Shown piece by piece: positions 18,412 through 26,280 of a stretch of DNA of 27,222 bases (position 1 is its first letter; each line of letters starts with the position of its first letter). The notes beneath the pieces were generated by a model. It was not told where the DNA came from. It saw only the letters and a program-made list of their open reading frames with translations, and made no database searches. The DNA is taken from assembly GCA_002753225.1 (NCBI GenBank), contig PDZS01000015.1, positions 1-27,222 of the forward strand, written 5' to 3'. Source of the DNA: Deltaproteobacteria bacterium YD0425bin51. GTDB taxonomy: Bacteria; Desulfobacterota; Desulfobacteria; Desulfobacterales; YD0425bin51. The position numbers and the translations under genes were made by a program.

Positions 18412-18418
18412 AAGGAGG
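18412..18418 (+). promoter_or_regulatory. Shine-Dalgarno site (AAGGAGG) for the ATP-grasp-GH3 gene
   Basis: A perfect AAGGAGG 6 nt upstream of the ATG at 18425. This supports 18425 rather than 18383 as the start. Confidence 0.6.
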
Positions 18419-18424
18419 TTTTTT

Positions 18425-21001
18425 ATGTACGGCTGGATACTACATGATAATACTGAAATCGCAGAGATTAAAAGGGCTACTGACGAAGCTGCCAAAGCTA
18501 ATGTCACTATTGAATTGGTTTATCCTAAGGATATTGAATTGATTTTAGAACATTCTTATGATGGGGTAATTTACGTAAGAGGTGTGAAAAAACAATTGCC
18601 TGAGTTTGCTATTGCAGCTTTTTTGAACGAAGTTGACTACTATAATCTTGCGATTCTTCGTCAGTTAGAGACATTAGGTGTTCTTTGTATAAATACAGCA
18701 GATGCCATATTAAACTCAAGCGATAAACTTTTGACCTCACAGCTTTTGATATCACATAACATACCTGTTGCAAAAACCGCTTTACTGCGGGCTAATTCAG
18801 ATTTGGAAATTTTAGAATCTGAGATTGGTTTACCTATGATAGCAAAGGTTATGAATGGAAGTAAAGGAAAAGGAGTCATTCTTATACAGACAAAAGCTGA
18901 GTTAAAGAATCTCTTAGAGCTTTATGTAGCCGGAGGTTTTAGAAGTGAAATTTTACTTCAGACGTATATAGCTTCCAGCAAGGGTAAGGATTTACGAGTA
19001 TTTATAATAGGCGGTAAAGCATTGGCCTGTTTCATTAGGCAAAACGCCAGTGATGGATTTAAGTCCAACATTTCAGTAGGAGGATTTGGCTCTCCGCATC
19101 CTCTAACAGATTCTATCAAAAAAATAGCTGAAAAAGTTGCTAAAATTCTTGGTTTGAATATGGCAGGAATTGATCTTATGTTTGGACCAGATGGCTATAT
19201 TGTTGGAGAGGCTAATTCACTCCCTGGTTTCCAGGGGTTGGAGGCTGCTACAGGGATTAATGTTCCGGTCAACGCCTTGTTTAGTATTGCTGGGCAATTG
19301 ATTTCTCGTCCTGCTCCACCATGGCGCATTAAGCAAATATTTTCAGAATCTATGAAAATGCCGATGCCGGAAGTTCTTTTACATCAGTCTAAAACTATAC
19401 TGCCTGGTGTTGCACGTTCTTTGTTCAATCACTGCCAAGAGGCTCAAAATATTGTATTGTTTAATATTATTAATTTTTGCCGAGATACTGAATTCGGCAA
19501 AGGGCATAATTTTTATGATATTAAATCGATCGATGATTTCCGAGAACGAGTACCTATATCAAGCTGGCCAGATTATGAGATCTATGCACAACGAATGGCA
19601 AATGGGGAGAAAAATATTCTTTTCCCTGGTGCTCCAGAGTATTTTATAACTACATCAGGGACTACATCTAATAAATTAAAAATGATTCCAGAGAGTAATT
19701 ATGGTGCTATTGCCAAAAAGGCTATATCGTTGGTTAGGCGGAATTTACTTTTTTCTCTGTTTCATGATATAGGTAAGTTAGGTCATTTTTTTGCACTTTC
19801 GAATTCTTCAAACCTTTCAGTTACTCCTGCAGGTATTCCTATTGGTTTTGCTTCTGGAATTACCAGATCACAGGTTGATGCATCTTTATCATCTTTAGAT
19901 GCTTATCCATCTGAAATCCTGAACATTTCAGATAATGAAAGTGTTGATTATCTTATCATGCGTTTTGCTCTTCATCACAAAGACATGATGGCTTTAATCG
20001 GTAATAATGCTGGACGGATGAGAGTGCTTGCCGATTATGCGCAAGAGCATGCAGAAGAGATTATTTCCGATATAGAGAAAGGAACAATCAGTAAAAGATT
20101 ATCCATCTCTGCAGAAGAAAGGAGATTGCTTGAAGAAAAATTAAAGCCTTCCCCTGAAAGGGCAGCTGAATTAAGAGATATTATAAAGAAAAACAATGGT
20201 GGATTTCTCCCCAAACATTATTGGCCTCAAATTCGTTTAGCTTGTTTCTGGCTGTCAAGTACAGTAGGCAATTACATAGATGATATACGTCCTTTGTTAA
20301 ACGATAGCGTTATATATATGGATGCAGGGTATGGTTCAAGTGAATTGAAGATCAATATCCCTATGAAACCTAATGAATCTTTTGCTCCAATAGCTCCATT
20401 TGTAGCATTTTTTGAGTTTTTGCCAATTGGTGGAATAAAGCCTCTACTTGCACATGAGCTAACCGATGGTTCTATGTATGAACTTATAATAACTACATAT
20501 TCAGGACTATACCGATATAATATTCAAGATTTAGTTAAAGTATGCGGTTTTACAGGCAATACTCCTAATATAGAATTTGTTATTAAAAGTATAGAGGTAG
20601 CTAATATTTCTGATGAAAAGATACCGGGATCAGTTATTAATTCATGTGTAAGAGAAACTGCAAGCTCCATAGGTATATCTATTAAGCAGTGTCAGGTATA
20701 TCCAGATCAGGATGCACGTAGATATGTTTTTCTTATCGAACCAGAAGGAACTACTTCTAATTTCCCAGTTGATGAATTTCTTATAATCTTGGATAAAACT
20801 CTTAAGGAACAGCATATGGCTTATAGAGTATTTAGAGGACAAAAGCTCATTCATCAACCAGTTATTAGAATTATGCGTCAAGGATGGCAGGAAAGTCTTT
20901 ATCGTGAGAAAATTAAGCCAGGAATTACAACTTCACAAATTAAATTGCCATATATTATTAGCCTTTTGCCTGATCCTACATGGTTTTTAAAAGGGGAATA
21001 A
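18425..21001 (+). CDS. Fusion protein: N-terminal RimK-type ATP-grasp ligase + C-terminal GH3-family adenylate-forming acyl-acid amido synthetase
   Basis: The ATP-grasp motifs GLPMIAKVMNGSKGKGVILIQT, DLRVFIIGGKALACFIRQNASDGFKSNISVGGFGSP and GIDLMFGPDGYIVGEANSLPGFQGLE. The GH3 motifs FRERVPISSWPDYEIYAQRMANGEKNILFPGAPEYFITTSGTTSNKLKMIP (adenylation P-loop-like motif), YMDAGYGSSE (the YxSSE motif) and YRYNIQDLVKVCGF (the YRYR-GD-like motif). 859 aa from the SD-supported ATG. Confidence 0.75.
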   Translation: MYGWILHDNTEIAEIKRATDEAAKANVTIELVYPKDIELILEHSYDGVIYVRGVKKQLPEFAIAAFLNEVDYYNLAILRQLETLGVLCINTADAILNSSDKLLTSQLLISHNIPVAKTALLRANSDLEILESEIGLPMIAKVMNGSKGKGVILIQTKAELKNLLELYVAGGFRSEILLQTYIASSKGKDLRVFIIGGKALACFIRQNASDGFKSNISVGGFGSPHPLTDSIKKIAEKVAKILGLNMAGIDLMFGPDGYIVGEANSLPGFQGLEAATGINVPVNALFSIAGQLISRPAPPWRIKQIFSESMKMPMPEVLLHQSKTILPGVARSLFNHCQEAQNIVLFNIINFCRDTEFGKGHNFYDIKSIDDFRERVPISSWPDYEIYAQRMANGEKNILFPGAPEYFITTSGTTSNKLKMIPESNYGAIAKKAISLVRRNLLFSLFHDIGKLGHFFALSNSSNLSVTPAGIPIGFASGITRSQVDASLSSLDAYPSEILNISDNESVDYLIMRFALHHKDMMALIGNNAGRMRVLADYAQEHAEEIISDIEKGTISKRLSISAEERRLLEEKLKPSPERAAELRDIIKKNNGGFLPKHYWPQIRLACFWLSSTVGNYIDDIRPLLNDSVIYMDAGYGSSELKINIPMKPNESFAPIAPFVAFFEFLPIGGIKPLLAHELTDGSMYELIITTYSGLYRYNIQDLVKVCGFTGNTPNIEFVIKSIEVANISDEKIPGSVINSCVRETASSIGISIKQCQVYPDQDARRYVFLIEPEGTTSNFPVDEFLIILDKTLKEQHMAYRVFRGQKLIHQPVIRIMRQGWQESLYREKIKPGITTSQIKLPYIISLLPDPTWFLKGE

Positions 21002-21003
21002 TT

Positions 21004-22512
21004 ATGAAAAAAGAAAAATGGAACAATAATCATTTTCACATTAAAGTTCCTAACTCTTTAAATTCCATACCAATTGTACAGTCATTTATCAAAAGTTGTG
21101 CTTTGATAATGGATTTTAAGGAACCAGAATTGACTCATTTGGAAATTGTTGCTGAGGAACTAAGCACTAATATTCTTCAACATGCTTACAGATCTGATGA
21201 ATTGGCTAACTTCACCATTGATTGCATACTTAACGTAGATCAGCTGGAAATTATTTTTCGAGATCAAGGACGTCCATTTGATCCTGAGCATTTGCCAGAT
21301 TTTTCGGGTATTGATCCGTCAACTCTTGATGCTCCTGCTGGTTTAGGACTCTATCTTTCTGCCCGTCTCGTGGATCTATTTAATGCAAGAAATCTAGGCT
21401 CCATGGGGAAAGAGATTCGCCTCATTAAAAGGCTTAAAGGCTCTTGGCAATTATCAAAAGAACCTGATGGTTTCCGTCAGATACAGACTTTATATCGCAA
21501 GGAAGATTTTGATATGGTGCAGGTTCGTTCTATGCGTCCTGAAGAAGCTATACAGGTTTCGAGGTTAATTTATGATGTCTATCACTATACCTATATGTCA
21601 GAAATCCCTTATAATCCACATAGACTTAGACAACTGCAAGAAGATGGACGTCTTTACTCCTTTGTAGCAGTTTTGGGAAATGGAGTTGTCGCATCTCATG
21701 TTGCCCTTCAGATTTCACCTGATATGCCAAGACTTGGAGAATATTGTCTTGCCGCTACTTTACCAGAAGCAAGAGGTTATAAATTGGCTGAAAAGGTTGG
21801 TTTAGCTCTTTTAGAGACTGTTATGGGGTTGGGGATAACTGGACTTTATGCTAATTTCACAACAGTCCATACAATTTCACAGCGAAAAAGACAGGGACTT
21901 GGAACTGCTGTAGGATTCTTGTTGGCTCGAAGTCCTGAAACTCTTCAAATGAAAGATATTCTTGAAACAGCCCCACAGAGAGTTTCCACTTTATTGATGT
22001 TTCAGAGCTTAGTTGAACGTGAACCTGTTATCGTATATATTCCTGAACAACATAGAGATTTTATATCTGATATATATTGCCGTTGTAAACTTCCTGTGAA
22101 ATTTGATACTAAAGTTACCGATCTTCCAGATATTAATAGCCAATTGGAGATTTTAATTGAGAAGGAGCGTAATATTGCTAAATTATCGGTGATAGAAGCT
22201 GGGAGGGATTTATTGCCTCAGATCAAGGAACGCCTTTTCGGCTTGCGTCTGAATAATACTTCGGTAGTTTTCTCTTTTTTGAACCTTATGGATCCCCATA
22301 CTCCAAAAGTAGCAGCTATACTTGAAGAAATGGGATTTTTTATAACTGGAGTTTTGCCTTTAGGGATAGGTATTAATGATGCATTGCTGATGACATGTCT
22401 TATTAACTGCGCTCTGGATTATGACAAGATTGAACTTTTTGACAAAGAAAGTAAAGATCTTCTTAATTATGTTCGAAGACAAGATCCTTCTTTACCAAAG
22501 CTATTATTATGA
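21004..22512 (+). CDS. Multidomain protein: RsbW/SpoIIAB-like HATPase (anti-sigma-factor kinase-like) N-terminal domain fused to GNAT-like acyltransferase domain(s)
   Basis: The start ATG is 2 nt after the upstream stop, giving translational coupling. The N-terminus has IVAEELSTNILQHAY and a G2-box-like GLGLYLSARLVDLF, as in HATPase_c_2. The middle has VQVRSMRPEEAIQVSRLIYDVYH...YSFVAVLGNGVVASHVAL...LPEARGYKLAEKVGLALLE, consistent with a GNAT fold and motif A. The C-terminal ~170 aa are unassigned and may be a second acyltransferase-like half. Confidence 0.5.
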   Translation: MKKEKWNNNHFHIKVPNSLNSIPIVQSFIKSCALIMDFKEPELTHLEIVAEELSTNILQHAYRSDELANFTIDCILNVDQLEIIFRDQGRPFDPEHLPDFSGIDPSTLDAPAGLGLYLSARLVDLFNARNLGSMGKEIRLIKRLKGSWQLSKEPDGFRQIQTLYRKEDFDMVQVRSMRPEEAIQVSRLIYDVYHYTYMSEIPYNPHRLRQLQEDGRLYSFVAVLGNGVVASHVALQISPDMPRLGEYCLAATLPEARGYKLAEKVGLALLETVMGLGITGLYANFTTVHTISQRKRQGLGTAVGFLLARSPETLQMKDILETAPQRVSTLLMFQSLVEREPVIVYIPEQHRDFISDIYCRCKLPVKFDTKVTDLPDINSQLEILIEKERNIAKLSVIEAGRDLLPQIKERLFGLRLNNTSVVFSFLNLMDPHTPKVAAILEEMGFFITGVLPLGIGINDALLMTCLINCALDYDKIELFDKESKDLLNYVRRQDPSLPKLLL

Positions 22513-22532
22513 ATGGAAAGGTAATATAGATT

Positions 22533-23753
22533 ATGTCTGGATTGTTAAGTGTATTTAGAGAACGTAATTATTCTTTTTTCTTTACCGGACAAGCTTTATC
22601 GTTTATCGGAAATTGGATGCAGAGTACCACATTTAACTGGCTTCTATATCAATTTACTGATTCGCCTTTCCTTCTGGGGTCTATGAGTGCTGCTATAAAC
22701 ATTCCATTACTAATTTTAATTCCATATGCTGGTTCTATGGTTGATAGATTTGACCATAGGAGACTACTTTTATTTTTACAGACAATCTTCATGATCCATG
22801 CTTCACTCCTTGGAGCGCTTGCTTATTTTGATTTATTGAATTTGACATTAATTGTTGCTATGGGATGCATTCAAAGTTTTTTAAATGCTTTCGATGGTCC
22901 TGCTAGGCAGGCTTTAGTTCCTCAATTGCTGAATGATCGCAGTAAAATGCCTGCAGCAATAGCACTTAACTCAGTAATGGTAAATACTACCCGTACTTTT
23001 GGACCTCCTTTAGCAGGTTGGATACTGACTAAAAACAGTTCTGTATCTTGCTTTCTACTAAATGCTTTAAGCTATTTTTTTATGTTATTAGCTTTGATGG
23101 CACTTCAATTCAGTAACTCTGATAATAAAGGCAAACATAGGGAATATACGAGTGCTTTAGATAATCTGCTGTTTATTGTTAGTCTCCCATCGCTGAGATA
23201 TCTGTTTATATCTTATATAGTTGTTGCTGTGGCAACAATGTCTGTTTATGTTCTGCTGCCAATCTGGTCTGCTGATATACTAAAAGCTGGTCCACAGGGA
23301 TTAGGTTTGATGATGGGAGGGATTGGAGCAGGGGCTTTACTTGGAGCTATTATTGTAGGTTCCCAAAGTAACCAAGTCCGTTTATGGCTATTATTTCGTT
23401 ATTCCTCTTTACTGCTGGGATTTGCTTTAATATTGATTTCTTCTATAAATGGTATTACCCCTATTATCATGGTTACTGTAATGCTAGGTATGGCATATAT
23501 AGGACAAAGTGTTGCTGCAAACACACTTCTTCAGATGAGTGTTGATGATTCTCGTCGCGGTGGCATCATGGCATTCTATCTACTTGTTGCATTTGGTTCT
23601 ATACCAGTTGGCAATGTTTTAGGTGGGTGGCTTGGACATATCATTGGATTGAAAGGTGCAGCTATGACAGCAGGTATAACAGTTTTGATCTCCATTTTTT
23701 TTCTTTGGAGAACTAGTAGCAGAGTTATGCAATTAGTATTCAAAGAAAACTGA
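22533..23753 (+). CDS. MFS transporter (EntS/MFS_3-like putative exporter)
   Basis: A 406-aa protein with ~12 hydrophobic segments. The N-terminal FFFTGQALSFIGNWMQ and the loop motif SMVDRFDHRRLL (the MFS D-R-x-x-R-R-like motif between TM2 and TM3). An RBS-like GGAAAGG lies upstream of the ATG. Confidence 0.8.
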   Translation: MSGLLSVFRERNYSFFFTGQALSFIGNWMQSTTFNWLLYQFTDSPFLLGSMSAAINIPLLILIPYAGSMVDRFDHRRLLLFLQTIFMIHASLLGALAYFDLLNLTLIVAMGCIQSFLNAFDGPARQALVPQLLNDRSKMPAAIALNSVMVNTTRTFGPPLAGWILTKNSSVSCFLLNALSYFFMLLALMALQFSNSDNKGKHREYTSALDNLLFIVSLPSLRYLFISYIVVAVATMSVYVLLPIWSADILKAGPQGLGLMMGGIGAGALLGAIIVGSQSNQVRLWLLFRYSSLLLGFALILISSINGITPIIMVTVMLGMAYIGQSVAANTLLQMSVDDSRRGGIMAFYLLVAFGSIPVGNVLGGWLGHIIGLKGAAMTAGITVLISIFFLWRTSSRVMQLVFKEN

Positions 23754-23784
23754 CAGTATTATTTTACTATTCAGTGTATTTACG

Positions 23785-24477
23785 ATGAAAAATAAAAAGG
23801 CTAATATTTTAGTAATTGAAGATGACATGGCAATTTGTCGTGGATTATTAGACGTTTTAGTATTTAATGGATATGAAGCAGAAGGTTCATTTGATGGCAA
23901 AGAAGGCTTTAAAAAGGGATTAGAAGGCAAATATGACCTTATTATGTTAGATGTTATGCTTCCAAATATGGATGGTTTTACTATTTGTCGAGAAATAAGA
24001 AAGAAAAAACCAAAACAACCAATTATTATGATAACAGCAAAAGGATCTGAAGATGATATTATAGCTGGATTTAAGGCTGGAGCAGATGATTATGTACCCA
24101 AGCCATTTTCATTAAGAGAACTCATGGTTAGAGTTGAAGCTATTTTGAGACGTAGTGGAAAAAATATAGGGGATGAGCAAATAGAATATCTCGGTATATT
24201 TTTTGACGGAAAAACCCTTAATGCAAAATATCAAGGAAAAATTATTGAAATGACAAGAAGAGAAATGGATATAATATTTTACTTGTATAAAAACAATGAT
24301 CGTATTGTATCCAAAAAAGAGCTTTTATCTTCCATCTGGGGATATCAAAATCCTGACATAGAAACTCGTACAGTTGATATTCATATGTTAAAACTTAGGA
24401 AAAAGATTATTGATTTAACCAATATTCAATCCTTTATCGCAACTATACGTGGTGAAGGATATAGATTAGAATTATAA
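23785..24477 (+). CDS. OmpR/PhoB-family DNA-binding response regulator
   Basis: The REC domain (ILVIEDDMAICRGL...LIMLDVMLPNMDG...IIMITAKG) plus a winged-helix output (TVDIHMLKLRKKI...GEGYRLE). Confidence 0.88.
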   Translation: MKNKKANILVIEDDMAICRGLLDVLVFNGYEAEGSFDGKEGFKKGLEGKYDLIMLDVMLPNMDGFTICREIRKKKPKQPIIMITAKGSEDDIIAGFKAGADDYVPKPFSLRELMVRVEAILRRSGKNIGDEQIEYLGIFFDGKTLNAKYQGKIIEMTRREMDIIFYLYKNNDRIVSKKELLSSIWGYQNPDIETRTVDIHMLKLRKKIIDLTNIQSFIATIRGEGYRLEL

Positions 24478-24480
24478 TAT

Positions 24481-26280
24481 TTGAAAAAATTACTCATATT
24501 AATAATTATTTTCTGCCTTTTTTTATCAATACCACTTTACTATTTTATCTTACGAACATATTTAAGCCTTGAACAAGAAGAGGTTTCAAAATTCAGATAT
24601 TTTGGAGAAACTCTTTTCGATCAAATGGAGGGTTTTCTTGCTGAATTAGTTGTTAAAGAGGAAAGTAGAGCAGTCGATGAATACAATTATTATTATAACC
24701 CTAAAGGGTTATCTTCTGTCATTTCACCTCTTTCAAAACTTCCTTATCCTTATTATATAATAGGATATTTACAAAATAATCCAGATGGCTCTTTTGAAAC
24801 CCCTGTTCTTGAAAAAAGACAAAATATCCCACCAAATTTAGCTTCTCTAATTACAAAGCTTACTGATGTAAATAATTCTTTTAATTCAAAAAGAGCTTCT
24901 ATTATTCATGAAAATATTGAAGCTCCCAGTCAGTCTTATACTGTTGCATCTAAAGAAGTAAAAAAAGATGAAAGTTTTGGAGGTAAATTTTTAGATTTTT
25001 CAAGATCTCAAAAGCAAAAGGTATATTTAGGTCAAGAAGAGAAAAGAGTTGAAGAAATTCCAGCATCTCAAGCGTTAAACCTTTCAAAACAGGAACAAAA
25101 TTATCCGCAAAATGAGATCATAAAAGGCGAAATCTATCATAATCAGGCAGAAATAACTCCAATGCAGTCATTAATTATAAATAATAGTGAAATTTTTATT
25201 TTCAGAAGAATTATGATAGCTAATAAAATATATAGACAGGGATTTGTTATTAATGCAAAAGCATTTTTAAATAATTTAGCAAATCTATATTTTAATGGAC
25301 AGCCAATGGCAAATTTTACTGGTTTAAAACTAAATATAAGTGACAGAGGTTATGAAATCTCATCATTTTTTTCTGGTGTTCAAATCAAAAACCTCAATTT
25401 TTCATTAAAGAGAGTATTCGGCCGTCCATTTTCTTTTCTGTCAGCAACATTATTATGTGAAGATATCCCAAAATCTTCTGGAAGAAAAACCTTAAACATT
25501 ATGATGATTATTTTGAATGCAATAATTTTTATAGGGATGTTTACAATTTATAAGAGTGCAAAAACAGTAATGGATTTATCTAATAAAAAAGCTAGCTTTG
25601 TTTCTTCTGTAACCCATGAGCTTAAAACTCCGCTTACAAATATTCGTATGTATATTGAAATGCTAGAACAGGGTATTGCAGGAAATATTGAACGTGAAGC
25701 AGAATATTTCCATATTTTGGAGAATGAGACTAGCAGGCTTTCACGTTTAATTAACAATGTATTGGAATTTTCGAAAATAGAACAAAAGCGATTTGATATT
25801 AAAGAAGGAACTTTTGATGATGTAATAAAAGATGTTTACGAAATAATGGGTAAAAGTCTTAGAAAGGAAGGTTTTATTTTTAAGATCAATTTAGATTCCC
25901 ATAGATTTTCATATGATCGTGAAGTTATGATTCAGGTAATGATAAATCTAATAGAAAACAGTATAAAATTTGGAACAGATGGAAATTTAAAAGAAATTGT
26001 GGTTAATATAAGACCTTATAAAAAGTGGATCAAAATAAGTGTATCAGATACAGGACAAGGTATTCCAGCAAAGGAGCTAACCAAAATATTTAATGATTTT
26101 TATCGGGCTGAAAATGCTAAAAATAAAAGAGGAACAGGTATTGGGTTAGCTTTGGTGAAAAAGCTTATTATAGGTATGGGAGGCCGGGTGTATGCAAAAA
26201 ATAATGAAAAAACACCCGGCTGCACAATAACTCTTATGCTTCCTAATATTTCCCAAACTCATTATCGTCAAGAGGTATGA
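24481..26280 (+). CDS. Sensor histidine kinase with a large periplasmic sensing domain (TM - ~300-aa periplasmic - TM - HisKA - HATPase_c)
   Basis: The TTG start lies two codons after the regulator stop, in the same frame. TM1 is LLILIIIFCLFLSIPLYYFIL and TM2 is TLNIMMIILNAIIFIGMFTIY. The H-box is FVSSVTHELKTPLTNIRMYIEM, the N-box MINLIENSIKFG, and the G-boxes DTGQGIP and GTGIGLALVKKLIIGMGG. Confidence 0.8.
   Translation: MKKLLILIIIFCLFLSIPLYYFILRTYLSLEQEEVSKFRYFGETLFDQMEGFLAELVVKEESRAVDEYNYYYNPKGLSSVISPLSKLPYPYYIIGYLQNNPDGSFETPVLEKRQNIPPNLASLITKLTDVNNSFNSKRASIIHENIEAPSQSYTVASKEVKKDESFGGKFLDFSRSQKQKVYLGQEEKRVEEIPASQALNLSKQEQNYPQNEIIKGEIYHNQAEITPMQSLIINNSEIFIFRRIMIANKIYRQGFVINAKAFLNNLANLYFNGQPMANFTGLKLNISDRGYEISSFFSGVQIKNLNFSLKRVFGRPFSFLSATLLCEDIPKSSGRKTLNIMMIILNAIIFIGMFTIYKSAKTVMDLSNKKASFVSSVTHELKTPLTNIRMYIEMLEQGIAGNIEREAEYFHILENETSRLSRLINNVLEFSKIEQKRFDIKEGTFDDVIKDVYEIMGKSLRKEGFIFKINLDSHRFSYDREVMIQVMINLIENSIKFGTDGNLKEIVVNIRPYKKWIKISVSDTGQGIPAKELTKIFNDFYRAENAKNKRGTGIGLALVKKLIIGMGGRVYAKNNEKTPGCTITLMLPNISQTHYRQEV

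Noticed and set aside
18383-18424. Upstream extension of the ligase-fusion ORF (MGTYKLNWKIRRFF...)
   Set aside because: The ORF track starts at 18383, but a perfect AAGGAGG Shine-Dalgarno sits at 18412-18418, inside that extension and 6 nt before the ATG at 18425. The extension also adds no conserved residues. I take 18425 as the start.
17942-18424. Genomic-island boundaries (att direct repeat of the tRNA-Arg 3' end) or an integrase
   Set aside because: I could not find a convincing repeat of the tRNA 3' end downstream by eye, and no integrase or recombinase gene is present. The island hypothesis rests on GC content only.
18661-20881. Antisense ORFs 18661..18879, 19407..19649 and 20642..20881 within the ligase-fusion gene, and 23733..23930 and 25548..25757 within the MFS/regulator and kinase genes
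   Set aside because: They are shadow ORFs inside strongly supported CDSs, with no motifs.
20980-21003. Upstream extension of the HATPase/GNAT ORF (MVFKRGII...)
   Set aside because: It would overlap the upstream gene by 22 nt. The ATG at 21004 follows the upstream stop by 2 nt and has a purine-rich RBS (AAAAGGGGAA), which is more plausible.
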